From IMG/VR virus record IMGVR_UViG_3300031418_000003: a stretch of DNA of 64,000 nucleotides; one strand, written 5' to 3'. The position numbers were made by a program, and so were the translations under genes. The notes under the pieces were generated by a model that worked only from the letters and a program-made list of their open reading frames with translations, was not told the origin of the DNA and searched no databases. This DNA is from a virus. Lineage: Duplodnaviria > Caudoviricetes. Of this stretch, positions 19,054 through 29,779 are shown piece by piece (positions within the stretch are counted from its first letter, which is position 1; the number at the start of each line of letters is the position of its first letter).

Positions 19054-20745
19054 TTAATTCTCTCTAAACTTAAGTCTGCGTTTGGTTGCCTCATAGAGAC
19101 CGCGGTCATCAGGCCGCAAAGCAGTGTACTTACCATGTACTAAGTGAACACGAGGTTGGAGCATTCCGCGACCATCCGGATTCGGTTTACTTGCATACTG
19201 ATAAGACACCACAAAGGGCTGTGAAGCGTCGATCACGCTACCTGGATGGTTAGGATCAAAATCTTCTTTCTTACGACCAGGTCCGCGGTTTACCGTGGAT
19301 TTGGTTTGAAGAATAATGCCCAGGCCATAGTCGATAAGCGGATTATCAGTACCGGTTGCCTCGAGGATGGAATTGTTCTCACGGACCGACTTATCAATAT
19401 TAAACAAACGGAAATGTGCATCCAGTTCGCGATTGATAATCTTCGGGGTGATATTGCTTTTGTTGCGGATCATAAAGCGGAAGTCATTTGCCTGATGAAT
19501 CAGGAAGTCAACCATGAACTCCATAGAGGCCAGTTCTTTATGTAGCATGTCCGCCGGGTTATATAACTTGATCAATGAAGAATAGTTGAGCATGAGATAG
19601 TTAAACAAGTCGTACGTCGTCGAGATGTCGATGTCAAACTTATTATACTTCTCAACCGTGATGTTATCCGCCATTTCCTCAATACTGGTGAAATGCTCAT
19701 TCATCTGACGCAGATAAACACTTGGATCAGTACGCTGTGGAAGTCGAATAGAACAACGTCCAATGATCAGTCGCCAATAATCGATATCGTCAATACGACG
19801 AACATCGAGTTCATGACTAAATACCCCAAACATAAACAACAGCCCGCCAGCGTATTGTAATGCGAGGTTACTGATCTCTCCACCTTTATTACGGCTTCGG
19901 ATTGCCAATGCGGGTTCTGCCAACAACGGCGTGCCCTTTGGACGATCGAATGCCTTGGGATGGATTGCGCCTGTGTTACTCAATACTTGCCAGCCGTCTT
20001 TCTCCGGACAGATGTCCAGGAGTGTGTCCAGCGTGTCAATTTCAAAATCACATTCAGCAAATTCATTCATACATTTACTGAACCCATACTTTCCAAATAC
20101 ATACCAAGCCAGCAGAGGGATAGGAACCTTCTTACTGGTGATCTTGCGATCGTTCTTGGAACTCATGAATCGGTTAGCTGGCAGCGTCATGTTAATGGCA
20201 CTGGTGTTGATGTTACCCATGTTCCGATACACACGGTTAAAAGTGTGAATCTCTTTGGTGACTTTGAACTTATAGCCCAGCACACGGATGAAGATCGTTT
20301 TGTCACGACCACCATCAACAGAGGGCCCACGCTCCGACAGGACATACTGAAGACTGTACAAGCCGTTACGCACTTTGATGTCGCCATGCTTATTGGTATA
20401 AGACAAGAACATCAGCGGACTTTTCAGTTCGGATTCAACCCCAGTGACAGGATCCTTAAAGTGATTAAGGAGCTTGACGCCGAAGAAACTGTTCTTAGCG
20501 ATTTCAAAGTCTTTGGTCCCATTACCGCTGACACGGGTGATCTGATTATAGAAATCAATCGGATCAACTTCTTCAATGCCGTCGAAGATATATCCCTTTT
20601 CCTGCAAAGACCGGAACATGCTCCCGAATGCTTCTTCGAGGTGATCAATGATCCTGTCCATGTCTTTCTTGTGCCAACCATCCACTAACTCAGGGGTAAA
20701 GCCACCACGTTCTTGGCGAAGCGGTTTGAGTACTTGCGGATCCAT
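19054..20745 (-). CDS. Non-virion RNA polymerase beta subunit, N-terminal part (phiKZ gp123-like)
   Basis: LSYTNKHGDIKVRNGLYSLQYVLSE resembles the beta N-terminal conserved segment; 563 aa; position two genes from the capsid gene; AGGAG RBS. Confidence 0.8.
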   Translation of the reverse strand: MDPQVLKPLRQERGGFTPELVDGWHKKDMDRIIDHLEEAFGSMFRSLQEKGYIFDGIEEVDPIDFYNQITRVSGNGTKDFEIAKNSFFGVKLLNHFKDPVTGVESELKSPLMFLSYTNKHGDIKVRNGLYSLQYVLSERGPSVDGGRDKTIFIRVLGYKFKVTKEIHTFNRVYRNMGNINTSAINMTLPANRFMSSKNDRKITSKKVPIPLLAWYVFGKYGFSKCMNEFAECDFEIDTLDTLLDICPEKDGWQVLSNTGAIHPKAFDRPKGTPLLAEPALAIRSRNKGGEISNLALQYAGGLLFMFGVFSHELDVRRIDDIDYWRLIIGRCSIRLPQRTDPSVYLRQMNEHFTSIEEMADNITVEKYNKFDIDISTTYDLFNYLMLNYSSLIKLYNPADMLHKELASMEFMVDFLIHQANDFRFMIRNKSNITPKIINRELDAHFRLFNIDKSVRENNSILEATGTDNPLIDYGLGIILQTKSTVNRGPGRKKEDFDPNHPGSVIDASQPFVVSYQYASKPNPDGRGMLQPRVHLVHGKYTALRPDDRGLYEATKRRLKFREN

Positions 20746-20758
20746 TAACTTCTCCTAT

Positions 20759-21844
20759 CTAAACTATTTTTAAGAACTGCAATAAGGTCAGAACAGTTTT
20801 TGCATTACCCACGATGGAATTAATAAAACGGGTAATCCCACTTACATAATCATCGGCGCGGTATTCTTTCAGTTTCTCAATAGTCACCGTTTGTTTAAAA
20901 TCACTGGTTGCTCTATTGATTTTCTCGACCCTGGTTTTACATTCCAGTTCATCGATTTTACTGGTTAGCTTTTTCTGCTCTGCTTTTAGATCGTTACATT
21001 CTTTCTTGATTTTGTCTTTCTCAGTAATAACCGAGAGTGTGTATTCTCCTGTAGAATGCTTTCTGGCATCCCGTTCTGTTGCGTGTAAATTAAACCCTAA
21101 GAGTTTCTTAGGATCCAGCAGTTCTTCGATTGGAATAAATTGTTTATGTTCTAGTCTCAGTCCACCGGCTAAGTATAGCCCGTCTTGTTGCTCCTCATCT
21201 TTAACAGGTAAAATAGAAGTCACGTTGCCGAACCCACTGGTCCACAACCGACCTACACGGTTTTCATTATCAATCAGTCTGGCAGAGAACAAGGTACGAA
21301 TACCTTTATTAGTATAGTTGTCTGCTTCGTGATCAATTTCTTCCAGATCTTTGACAACACGGTCTTTGATATAACCCAGTGGATTGTCACCATGCGTCTT
21401 CTCAACCATATTCATGGTCTCGCGGATGGTAATCCCCAACAGGTTAGATTTATGCACTGTCCTGTGATCCAGGAAGTCAAAGCTCATCTCAATTTGAACA
21501 GTCATTTTAGTCTGATCACACTGAGGGGTGAAAGGCGTAACACGACCTCTCATTTTTTCAATATTTTCTTTAAAGGCAATTAGAAATTGTTTATCGCATT
21601 CTAATTGGGAATCCGTACTCGGAATATTAACACGGCGGGGATCAACCAATCGTGTTACCCGCACAATGACTTTCCCGCGATCTTCCAATCGTTCAGGTCG
21701 GCCATCTTGTTTCAGGATCTCCATCTCAATACCCAACCGATCTGTGATAACCACATCTTGGTTAGTATAGTTGAAATATTCGATACCCTCGACAATAGGT
21801 GCACTCCGAGACGGCGTCCAGTTTTCACCAGATACTGTACTCAT
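20759..21844 (-). CDS. Conserved hypothetical protein with C-terminal coiled coil
   Basis: 361 aa between capsid and nvRNAP genes; YFNYTNQDVVITDRLG N-terminal motif. Confidence 0.7.
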   Translation of the reverse strand: MSTVSGENWTPSRSAPIVEGIEYFNYTNQDVVITDRLGIEMEILKQDGRPERLEDRGKVIVRVTRLVDPRRVNIPSTDSQLECDKQFLIAFKENIEKMRGRVTPFTPQCDQTKMTVQIEMSFDFLDHRTVHKSNLLGITIRETMNMVEKTHGDNPLGYIKDRVVKDLEEIDHEADNYTNKGIRTLFSARLIDNENRVGRLWTSGFGNVTSILPVKDEEQQDGLYLAGGLRLEHKQFIPIEELLDPKKLLGFNLHATERDARKHSTGEYTLSVITEKDKIKKECNDLKAEQKKLTSKIDELECKTRVEKINRATSDFKQTVTIEKLKEYRADDYVSGITRFINSIVGNAKTVLTLLQFLKIV

Positions 21845-21951
21845 ATAACTCCTAATCTATTTCTTGCAAGAAATAACTTCCGTACTACTGTTCACAAGGA
21901 TAATATCTGCCTAAAAATGTTTAAGGATGAAATTTATATAAACAGCAAAAA

Positions 21952-21983
21952 CCCCCTTCCCCAGCCGCAGCCAGGGAAGGAGG
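21952..21983 (-). terminator. Strong intrinsic terminator after the capsid gene
   Basis: Minus strand CCTCCTTCCCTGGC-TGCG-GCTGGGGAAGGGGG-TTTTT (14-bp stem with G-U pairs). Confidence 0.85.
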
Positions 21984-22021
21984 AAATTTGTTTAAAGCTT
22001 AATCGCCAGGGAGATGTTCTA

Positions 22022-24181
22022 TTATGGAACGTCTACGGCTACTTCCTGAGCGTCGCTGGTATCCGTTTTAGGGATAGTCACAACTGGACCGCCTGCAATC
22101 TGCAGTTTGTTCACGCGAGTGATCAGACCTTCTTCACCCAGCAGAGATGCGATATCTTCAACAACAACGCGACCCACAACTGGGCACAGGCTGTGATGCT
22201 GATAAGCAGGCTGAGTGATGATCATGCGGTACTGACGATCAGACTGTTGTACCTGACCTTCGATGACCAGCAGTTCTTTGGTCACGTTGATACCGATACC
22301 ACCGAAGATGTCAACAACGCCATCTTTGGTCTGTGAAGTCGGAACAACCCACATACGACCAACTTCTGAGTCGATGTTAGTTTCCACGATGTGGAACTTG
22401 ATGTTCTGACCGAAGGTACGGTAGTCACCCTGAGTCATCAGGAACGGAGCCAGTGATGCGTGAGCCACAACGGTGTACTCTTCATCACGACCATCCAGCT
22501 CTTTCAGCGCAGAGATGTTGGAGTTGATACGCAGTGCAGTGATCAGATCCCACAGTTTGTTAACCAGAACTGCTTCGATGTTCTCACGGGTATTTTTGGA
22601 TTCCAGAGTAGACACTTCGTTAACCAGGTTAACGGTGGCTTCCAGACCTACGGTACCCAGGAAGTGCTGACCTGGCAGGATAGAGGCTGAGTCATCGTTG
22701 ATGTTAACGATTTTCATACCGTTGTTGTCGTGGATGTAATCGAAGTGCGCGTTGGCAGCTTTGAATGCATCGTGAGACATGTTACGGGTTACCATCACAT
22801 CCATCTGCTTAACCATCATTGCCAGCACGCCAGCGTTGTTATCCTGATCAAGCATTGGATACTTGATAGAGATCGGCTGACGACGGTTGATGTTGTAAGA
22901 CTTCATGTTGCTTGCATAAACAACAGTAGTACCGTAACGGCTACGGTTCACGTTGTTATGGTTCATGGTCAGATAAACACCATCGATTTCGCCATCGAAG
23001 TCTGCAGCGTTGATCAGCGCAGTGGTGGTATCTGGCATGCCAGCAGTTCCCGGAGTCAGACGGTTACCATCAGCGTCGATCACGTAAGCGATAGATACTG
23101 GTGAAACAGTTGGTGACCAGGTACGGGTAGAGCGGCTGTAAGTCGCAGTCAGTTCGAACTGAAGGAAGACTTTCAGACCAGCGTCAGTCAGTGATTTGAA
23201 CAGAGTGGTAGATTTACCATCTTTGTCTTTCAGGTTGCTGACATTCAGGCCATTGATCGGGAAGTTGATCTGACGTTTTTCTTCTGATGTAACACCAGTA
23301 GAAGGACGCGCAGCCACGTTAGACATGGTGCTGGTATCAACTACGAAGAAACCGCTACCGTCTTTGGTGGTGATCTTCAGCAGAAGCTTGTTCAGCTTGA
23401 TAGAAGATGCTTCGATCTCATCGTTGTTCTCGAACGCAGGAGAACCTGGAGCGCGGCACAGAGACAGCAGGTTGTTAATTTTCTTAACAGCCAGGAAGTT
23501 AGTCTGGTGCGCCTGACGACCCAGCAGGTCACCGTCGTCATAAGAGACAGGCCATGGAGCCCAATCAGCAGATGGAACGAATGAAGCAGCGTTAGGATCC
23601 TGGGCGTTCTCTGGGAGAACAGGAACCAGCTTCAGATCGTCGCCTGGATTGAATTTGGAATCAGACAGGACAGATGCGATAGGACGCATTTGTTCCCATG
23701 CTTCGTTTGCGTTGCCTGAAGAGTTGTACGCACCAACACCAGCGATGTCGATTGGAATAACCAGCGCTTCTTCGGTGTACGGCAGTACGATAGTTGGGTA
23801 CAGTGCTTCAGCAGCTGCCCACTGTTTGTTACCACGGGCGTTCAGATCCAGGGTAGCAGCCTTCATACGGGCCACGCCACCTTGTTCTAACTGCATGGAG
23901 AACGATTCCATACCGCCGTGTTTGATCATGTCTTTCAGGGCATTGGCGCGATTGTTGAAATCGCCGTCGTGCTCAACCTGAGATGCAACTGCGCGCTTCT
24001 GGTTATGGTTCATCAGACCATCCAGTTGAGCGATACCGGCGCTAAAGCTCTCGTTACCAACGATTGACTTCAGTGAGCCATCGGAATGAGAAGCATTGCC
24101 AACTGCCATTGCGTTGATCAGTACTTTAAGATCTTGTCCACTTTTTGCAGTGGAGAAGCTGAAACCTGGAGTTTGTTCCAT
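22022..24181 (-). CDS. Major capsid protein precursor
   Basis: 719 aa, strongly biased codon usage, AAEALYPTIVL motif, GNES/GMES propeptide cleavage sites, own strong terminator, synteny with DnaB and nvRNAP. Confidence 0.9.
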   Translation of the reverse strand: MEQTPGFSFSTAKSGQDLKVLINAMAVGNASHSDGSLKSIVGNESFSAGIAQLDGLMNHNQKRAVASQVEHDGDFNNRANALKDMIKHGGMESFSMQLEQGGVARMKAATLDLNARGNKQWAAAEALYPTIVLPYTEEALVIPIDIAGVGAYNSSGNANEAWEQMRPIASVLSDSKFNPGDDLKLVPVLPENAQDPNAASFVPSADWAPWPVSYDDGDLLGRQAHQTNFLAVKKINNLLSLCRAPGSPAFENNDEIEASSIKLNKLLLKITTKDGSGFFVVDTSTMSNVAARPSTGVTSEEKRQINFPINGLNVSNLKDKDGKSTTLFKSLTDAGLKVFLQFELTATYSRSTRTWSPTVSPVSIAYVIDADGNRLTPGTAGMPDTTTALINAADFDGEIDGVYLTMNHNNVNRSRYGTTVVYASNMKSYNINRRQPISIKYPMLDQDNNAGVLAMMVKQMDVMVTRNMSHDAFKAANAHFDYIHDNNGMKIVNINDDSASILPGQHFLGTVGLEATVNLVNEVSTLESKNTRENIEAVLVNKLWDLITALRINSNISALKELDGRDEEYTVVAHASLAPFLMTQGDYRTFGQNIKFHIVETNIDSEVGRMWVVPTSQTKDGVVDIFGGIGINVTKELLVIEGQVQQSDRQYRMIITQPAYQHHSLCPVVGRVVVEDIASLLGEEGLITRVNKLQIAGGPVVTIPKTDTSDAQEVAVDVP

Positions 24182-24211
24182 CGTTAATACCCTTTACGAA
24201 AAAGCTTTGAA

Positions 24212-24227
24212 AACAAATATATTTGTT
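24212..24227. promoter_or_regulatory. Perfect 16-bp palindrome AACAAATATATTTGTT upstream of the capsid gene
   Basis: Seen directly, ~30 nt upstream of the capsid ATG; function unknown. Confidence 0.35.
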
Positions 24228-24294
24228 CGCGGTTACAATGTTTACGCATAAGATAGCTCTTATCTATAGCGCATCCCAACAATTCCACACAGTA

Positions 24295-24846
24295 TTACTG
24301 CGCGACTTTCTGAATTACAAAACCCAAATCAATGAACTTTCTTTGAGCAACCGTTTTCGTGAGTTCTTTATTATCACGGAAATACGATTCGAAAACATTA
24401 TAAGCCGACAGTAATGCTTGATAAAGAGAACTGGCCAGATCCCCTTGAACGTTCGTGAACATTGAATTGTTCACAGTATTATTACTGTTAAGTATGAAAA
24501 GTTTGCCGTTGAAGATATGGTAGTAGAAAAAGTTACCTAAATGAATACTAGGATCAGCATTTAATACTTCATCATATTTTGCCTTATAAACTACTCCCTT
24601 ACGATTGATGTCACCGATTGTAATATCACTGACATAATCATAGGTTGTAGTCTTAAACCCACAATATTGCTTTTCCACGGCACGCTGGAACTTTAACCAG
24701 TCCAACAGATCCTCGTCAGCAACCGCGGGGAACTTGGGGAGATAAGGCAATTGAGACAATTCAAGTTTATGAGAATTTAGAAGTTGAAGGTGATGCTCTT
24801 GTAAGAAGTACACCTCTAATTTCTTATCACCCGATTTATACAACAT
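24295..24846 (-). CDS. Conserved capsid-associated protein (gene upstream of MCP)
   Basis: 183 aa; synteny DnaB / small gene / MCP. Confidence 0.65.
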   Translation of the reverse strand: MLYKSGDKKLEVYFLQEHHLQLLNSHKLELSQLPYLPKFPAVADEDLLDWLKFQRAVEKQYCGFKTTTYDYVSDITIGDINRKGVVYKAKYDEVLNADPSIHLGNFFYYHIFNGKLFILNSNNTVNNSMFTNVQGDLASSLYQALLSAYNVFESYFRDNKELTKTVAQRKFIDLGFVIQKVAQ

Positions 24847-24884
24847 ACGAATTAACCTTTTAAAGTTTCAATGAGGAGCTGTAC

Positions 24885-26429
24885 ATGAATAACCTTATTC
24901 GTCTTGTTAAACTCACCAGTGCAATCTATCAAGCGTGGCGTTTAAAAGACGTAGATCTCATGGACGAGATTCTGTTGCTGGCCGAAGAGGTACCCAACAG
25001 CAAAGAAAGTTTGGTTTACCAAGACAAGAAGACCGAAGCAAGATTGCGTCGCCTGCTGTCATGGATCAGAGAGCAACCGGAAGACTCTAACATCATAACA
25101 TCACTAATGTCTCCGAAGATTGCAGAGATTGTCATGTTGTCGCCTGAATTGGAAAAGGTTTTAAATGAAGCCTTTAACAATGACCTGGCTGTTGAAGACT
25201 CTCGTCAGTTTGTTTTTCAGATCACCAAAGAACTGCGTGACAATGATACCAGCAGCAAATTCAATACCCAATTCAAAACCATGGTTCGTCCTTTCCTCTT
25301 TGAAGATGAAAAAGATTTGACCAAAGATGATTGGCTAAAGATCAGTGAACTGATTAATGGCAAAATCACTGACATGAATGAAAGTACCTTTGACAAAGCT
25401 GTTGTCGAAGCAACCGGTTCAGATGATCCCAATACCCTGATCGAAGTGATCAATCAATTGAAGATTGAAACCTCAGCAGAAGGTATTATTAAAACGGGCT
25501 TAGCCGGTTTAAATGAAGCCCTGTTCCCTGACCTGGGTATCCGCCGTGGTTTAATGTACATGATCGAGGCATTGACTAACCGCGGTAAGTCTTTTGGTCT
25601 GGGTCACCTGTTAGCGTCTGTACCGCTCTATAACAAGCCGTTGTTGCGTAACAAGGCTAAGATCCCAACTGTGCTGTTAATGTCAGCAGAAGACTCTCTG
25701 GGCTTAATCTTCAAACGCATGTACGAACTGTTTGTTACTGCGAAGACTGGTGTGAAACCAGATTTCTTTGAAGCGACCACAGAAGAAGTGGTTAACGTCA
25801 TCATCAGTACCTTCCATGATAATGGTTGGGCCTTTAAATTCTACCGTGTTAACCCAAGCCATGATAACATCTATGAAATCATGCAGCGTGTTCGCACCCT
25901 TGAACTGAAAGGTCATGAAATCATTGTGGCAGCGTATGACTACCTGGCCATGGCCGACTTGACAGGTTGTACGGGTGAATCTCGTTCTGACAAACTGCAG
26001 AACCTGTATAACCGTGCACGTAACTTCTTCACTTCCCGTGGCGCTGCGTTCTTAACGCCGCATCAGTTAAACCCAGAAGCCAAGAAGTTTATTCGTGAAC
26101 AAGATGATGATTCTGAAATTTACTTTATCCGGGATGTTGGCGGTAAGTCGATGACAGAAGGTTCTACTAAGTTAACGAACGAAGTAGATGTCGTCATTGG
26201 GTTCCACGTAGCCAAACTCCAGAACAACGAGTGTTGGTTCACAGGTTACGTCGGCAAGAAACGTGGAGAGGGCGCAAAAGAATCTGATCGGTTCTTCATC
26301 TACCCGTTACATGAAACAAACGGTTTAGTTCACGATGTAAACTTTGAAAAGAAAACATTCCGTAAATCTCTGCAACATAGAAGTGAAGCAATGGGTGGTG
26401 GTACTGACTTTGACGACATGGCAGCATAA
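24885..26429 (+). CDS. dnaB: DnaB-like replicative helicase
   Basis: Walker A-like ALTNRGKS, LLMSAED, Walker B AYDYL, FLTPHQL, EVDVVIG, KKRG arginine-finger region; GAGGAG RBS. Confidence 0.9.
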   Translation: MNNLIRLVKLTSAIYQAWRLKDVDLMDEILLLAEEVPNSKESLVYQDKKTEARLRRLLSWIREQPEDSNIITSLMSPKIAEIVMLSPELEKVLNEAFNNDLAVEDSRQFVFQITKELRDNDTSSKFNTQFKTMVRPFLFEDEKDLTKDDWLKISELINGKITDMNESTFDKAVVEATGSDDPNTLIEVINQLKIETSAEGIIKTGLAGLNEALFPDLGIRRGLMYMIEALTNRGKSFGLGHLLASVPLYNKPLLRNKAKIPTVLLMSAEDSLGLIFKRMYELFVTAKTGVKPDFFEATTEEVVNVIISTFHDNGWAFKFYRVNPSHDNIYEIMQRVRTLELKGHEIIVAAYDYLAMADLTGCTGESRSDKLQNLYNRARNFFTSRGAAFLTPHQLNPEAKKFIREQDDDSEIYFIRDVGGKSMTEGSTKLTNEVDVVIGFHVAKLQNNECWFTGYVGKKRGEGAKESDRFFIYPLHETNGLVHDVNFEKKTFRKSLQHRSEAMGGGTDFDDMAA

Positions 26430-26444
26430 TAACTAATTGCATAA

Positions 26445-26475
26445 CTACCTCTACTCCTTCACGGAGTAGAGGTAG
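26445..26475. terminator. Conserved-family palindromic hairpin (copy 3)
   Basis: CTACCTCTACTCC-ttcac-GGAGTAGAGGTAG between convergent genes. Confidence 0.8.
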
Positions 26476-26478
26476 ACA

Positions 26479-27831
26479 CTATGATGTTTGTTTATCAGTA
26501 TATCGGTCTTGTGCTTTCAGGAAGATCGTTAAGATAGTCGTCCGTTTCAAGATCGGCCTGACATCACTGGTTACAGGAATGTAGTCATTACGGTAACCCA
26601 ACAACACTCCACGACGGACATAAACAGTATCGTCATCGTAGAAGTATTGGTAAGTTAATGGATGACCTGGTTCCAAATATCCAGTGTCACCATTACGCCA
26701 CTCAACCTGCAGTATCTCACCTTGGTTACGTGCATTCTCAGAAAGACTCACCATGATGTTACCTGTTGGGTTAGGGTTGATAGGAATCCATTCCTCCCCA
26801 TCCCGGCGGTCACTGAGCTTATACTCCTGCATGGAGTCAGCACGCGTTGTAAGCGCTCTACCGGCGTTATAGTGATACCCTGTGTCACCAGCAATCGCAT
26901 CACCCATAATCAAACGTTGCCCCACACCTTCGTTCTGCTTACGGATATCAGCATGGTCAGTATGATCACCCTTACCGGTTAAGATAATGGTCAGCGCCGT
27001 AGGGGTAACGTAAAACGTACTGTTAAGATCAGGAATCTTGTTCTGTGGAACACGAATCAAGTTAAGCGGACGTGGATGGGTCTTTACTCGTTCGGTGTTA
27101 TACAGCGGATAGATCCACCAATGGTTTTGTTTATAGAACGACCCTAGTCCTTTAGAATACACGCCGTGTTCATTGTGCTTCTGTAGGAACTGCGGGACAT
27201 CTTTTAAACGGGTTCCACTGGGAAAGATGATCTGGCGATAATTGTTAACGTTATCAACCGGTTCATACAACTCAAGCCCCTGATACTTATCGTAGCCCGT
27301 TAGCCCAATTGCTTGCGTTCCCTGTTCCATTATCGTCATCAAGGCATCTCGCACATTTGCCATCAAATAGATATTGGAAACCGGAATGTTCCTGATTTTA
27401 GCATACCCTTTGTCGATAAGCTGAAATTCATAGGGAACCAAATTGGTGGTATTCAGGGCATCGGTTTTATTAGCAATGGTGCTGTTTGACTCTGCGTGGA
27501 CATCCTTATCCGTCAGAGGAACAGCCACATACTCTTTCATTACCCGATCGGTACTTGAACTGATAATCACCTGACACGTCAGTGCATCACGGTATTTCAC
27601 TAACTGATCAAAATAGATTCCCGGCTGTAAACGAGCACGTATCTGAATAAGCTCAGAACGCGCATCGATAAAGTCTGCCCGGTTCATCATCCGTTCCACA
27701 CCTAACGCTGTGTACTGCCCTGTGGGCGTAATAAACACCGCGGTGATACTAACGGACTCGGCTATCTTGTTAGAGAGTGTGGCCGTGAGCTGTGCTTGTT
27801 TTAAGACCGTTGCGATTTGACTGGAGATCAC
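26479..27831 (-). CDS. Baseplate hub / tail-tip-like virion protein
   Basis: 450 aa; GVYSKGLGSFY and WWIYPLYN motifs; hub function inferred from synteny. Confidence 0.55.
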   Translation of the reverse strand: MISSQIATVLKQAQLTATLSNKIAESVSITAVFITPTGQYTALGVERMMNRADFIDARSELIQIRARLQPGIYFDQLVKYRDALTCQVIISSSTDRVMKEYVAVPLTDKDVHAESNSTIANKTDALNTTNLVPYEFQLIDKGYAKIRNIPVSNIYLMANVRDALMTIMEQGTQAIGLTGYDKYQGLELYEPVDNVNNYRQIIFPSGTRLKDVPQFLQKHNEHGVYSKGLGSFYKQNHWWIYPLYNTERVKTHPRPLNLIRVPQNKIPDLNSTFYVTPTALTIILTGKGDHTDHADIRKQNEGVGQRLIMGDAIAGDTGYHYNAGRALTTRADSMQEYKLSDRRDGEEWIPINPNPTGNIMVSLSENARNQGEILQVEWRNGDTGYLEPGHPLTYQYFYDDDTVYVRRGVLLGYRNDYIPVTSDVRPILKRTTILTIFLKAQDRYTDKQTS

Positions 27832-28472
27832 ATTCCACCCCCGCCGAACCCTTTCAAGAAGTTCAAGGTATCTGAACCCAGGTCCGTTGAATAATCCTTA
27901 TACCCTATTGACGATTTGTATTCGTCCAGGTAGGAGATGTACGAAATCGGCTCATCGAAGTCGGCACCGAACATCATCTTACCGCGCAGGATATCTAACA
28001 AGGTGGCATTCTTGAGATCCGGAACATGCAATGTCCGGTTGATCTTTTCATGATGATAATGGGAATAGGCCGTAAAAAGATAACGCCCCAATTTCTCCAT
28101 CAGCTCCAGCTCTTTGATCTCTGGTGTGCGAAGGTACCCACCGTTGTGTTTGATCTCGACCCAGTGTTTGATCCAATCTTGAATAGCATTAAACAAAAGC
28201 GGAATATCCTGCCGGGCATTTCGAAATCCAATAGTGAATCCTTCCCCAGTGAGTGCCACTGCACGCAGTATGAATGCCGTTGTGTACGGACGCTCACTGG
28301 TTTGGGTAATGGACTCAAATCCATTAATTGGTGGGTTCTCTTGGTAGTGTTGTAGCTGCTTGGTACTCAAGAAAGACGCTAATGGAAGTGTGACCACGAA
28401 AGTACGGTAAGTGAAAAGCTGATGCAGTCGAATCAGCTCTTTTCTTAAAAACATATAACGTTCAGTGTTCAT
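27828..28472 (-). CDS. Conserved hypothetical protein
   Basis: 214 aa, coupled to neighbouring genes. Confidence 0.7.
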   Translation of the reverse strand: MNTERYMFLRKELIRLHQLFTYRTFVVTLPLASFLSTKQLQHYQENPPINGFESITQTSERPYTTAFILRAVALTGEGFTIGFRNARQDIPLLFNAIQDWIKHWVEIKHNGGYLRTPEIKELELMEKLGRYLFTAYSHYHHEKINRTLHVPDLKNATLLDILRGKMMFGADFDEPISYISYLDEYKSSIGYKDYSTDLGSDTLNFLKGFGGGGM

Positions 28473-28480
28473 AATAACCC

Positions 28481-29779
28481 TTAAGTGAAATCGCTTGTGG
28501 TTATCAATGCCGTCCTGATCGCTAATAAATAAATCCCACCCATATACAGCTTGTTGACGTCATCCAAGATCCAGTAACCATCCAGGACATCTAAGAGCCC
28601 TTTCTTGTCAACGATCTTGTCACGGAACATCCGCCAGATAAACTGCTGTGTTTCGGTACCTTCTCCTTTGAAGAAGTCTGAACCAAAGAAGTACGTCCAA
28701 GGAATACCCTCTACAGGACGGCGTGGCATGCCCGCTGTTGGTGCAGGAACTAACGCACCACTGAACTGATAGGGAGCCACTTGAGCACCTTCTTTATGAA
28801 TCGTAATTGCACGGTCCATTTTGGAGAAGAAGATACCACCGTAGAAACGGGTATTGAGCATGGATGAACGGTAGTGGGTATAGAAGTCATTAACATACCG
28901 TTCTGGGTGAGAGAAATCATTGCGATAGAACATATCCCAAACAGTCATGGGCTCCTGCATGCGAGTACCGCTGACCCAATACTGAACATTAAGCGTTCGT
29001 ATCTTATTACGGGGCGCAATCTCATTAGCCGGAATCACGTAGCTCAGGAATTTAGCAAGATAGGGATCATACAACCGATCGTTGGCTTCGTTAGGAATTA
29101 TGACGGTGTCTTCTTCTGCGTAATAATGGCGAGACAGAAGGTCGTCCATAATCGCAAACTTGGCGTCATACAACTTCTTGTTCATTTCATAATCGTCAAC
29201 CGTTAAAACTGCGTTACCGCCATTAACCGCTGAGTCTTTAGAATAGAACAAGGTTTTGACTGTTTTGGTATCCAGGTTAGTCTGGATAGCTTGAGTCATG
29301 ACCGCTTCAAGTGTGGCTTCGATATAGTAAACTTTATCGGCTTGAATGGTTCGGAGTTCAGGCTGTTCAGTGATGGTATACAATCCTGCTTTGCCACCAC
29401 CGATATCTTTAATGAACAGATCGCCTTTAGCCGGTACCAAGTCAAACAACACATACCCTGTTAGCTGATGTGTCGACTGACCGGTCTCAGGGAGAAAGTT
29501 GTAGTTCCCATTGCCATTATCAACTTTAATAATCATGTTGTTGATACGAATATAAGACTGATAAGTCTCAATACTCTCTGGTTGGAAACTGATCTGTTCG
29601 CTACTGTGCCCTAAGTACTGACGGTAGTAGATTGTGCGTGTGGGCGTACCCGGTACCATTGAGAGAAGGCTTGTCTGGGGAACATAGCGAGACTCAATAA
29701 TCTCGCTTTTGTATTCCTCAGGTAAAGCGCGTACTTCCTCAACTGGTGGCTTGGTCCCACCGATAGAAGTCTGAGCCAT
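28481..29779 (-). CDS. Neck/head-tail connector-like virion protein
   Basis: 432 aa; YYRQYLG, PAKGDLFIKDIGGG and LYDPYL motifs typical of phiKZ-like neck proteins. Confidence 0.55.
   Translation of the reverse strand: MAQTSIGGTKPPVEEVRALPEEYKSEIIESRYVPQTSLLSMVPGTPTRTIYYRQYLGHSSEQISFQPESIETYQSYIRINNMIIKVDNGNGNYNFLPETGQSTHQLTGYVLFDLVPAKGDLFIKDIGGGKAGLYTITEQPELRTIQADKVYYIEATLEAVMTQAIQTNLDTKTVKTLFYSKDSAVNGGNAVLTVDDYEMNKKLYDAKFAIMDDLLSRHYYAEEDTVIIPNEANDRLYDPYLAKFLSYVIPANEIAPRNKIRTLNVQYWVSGTRMQEPMTVWDMFYRNDFSHPERYVNDFYTHYRSSMLNTRFYGGIFFSKMDRAITIHKEGAQVAPYQFSGALVPAPTAGMPRRPVEGIPWTYFFGSDFFKGEGTETQQFIWRMFRDKIVDKKGLLDVLDGYWILDDVNKLYMGGIYLLAIRTALITTSDFT

Noticed and set aside
25555-25600. Non-canonical DnaB Walker A (ALTNRGKS) as an inactivated helicase
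   Set aside because: GKS lysine, Walker B and downstream motifs are intact; divergent P-loops are usual in this phage group.
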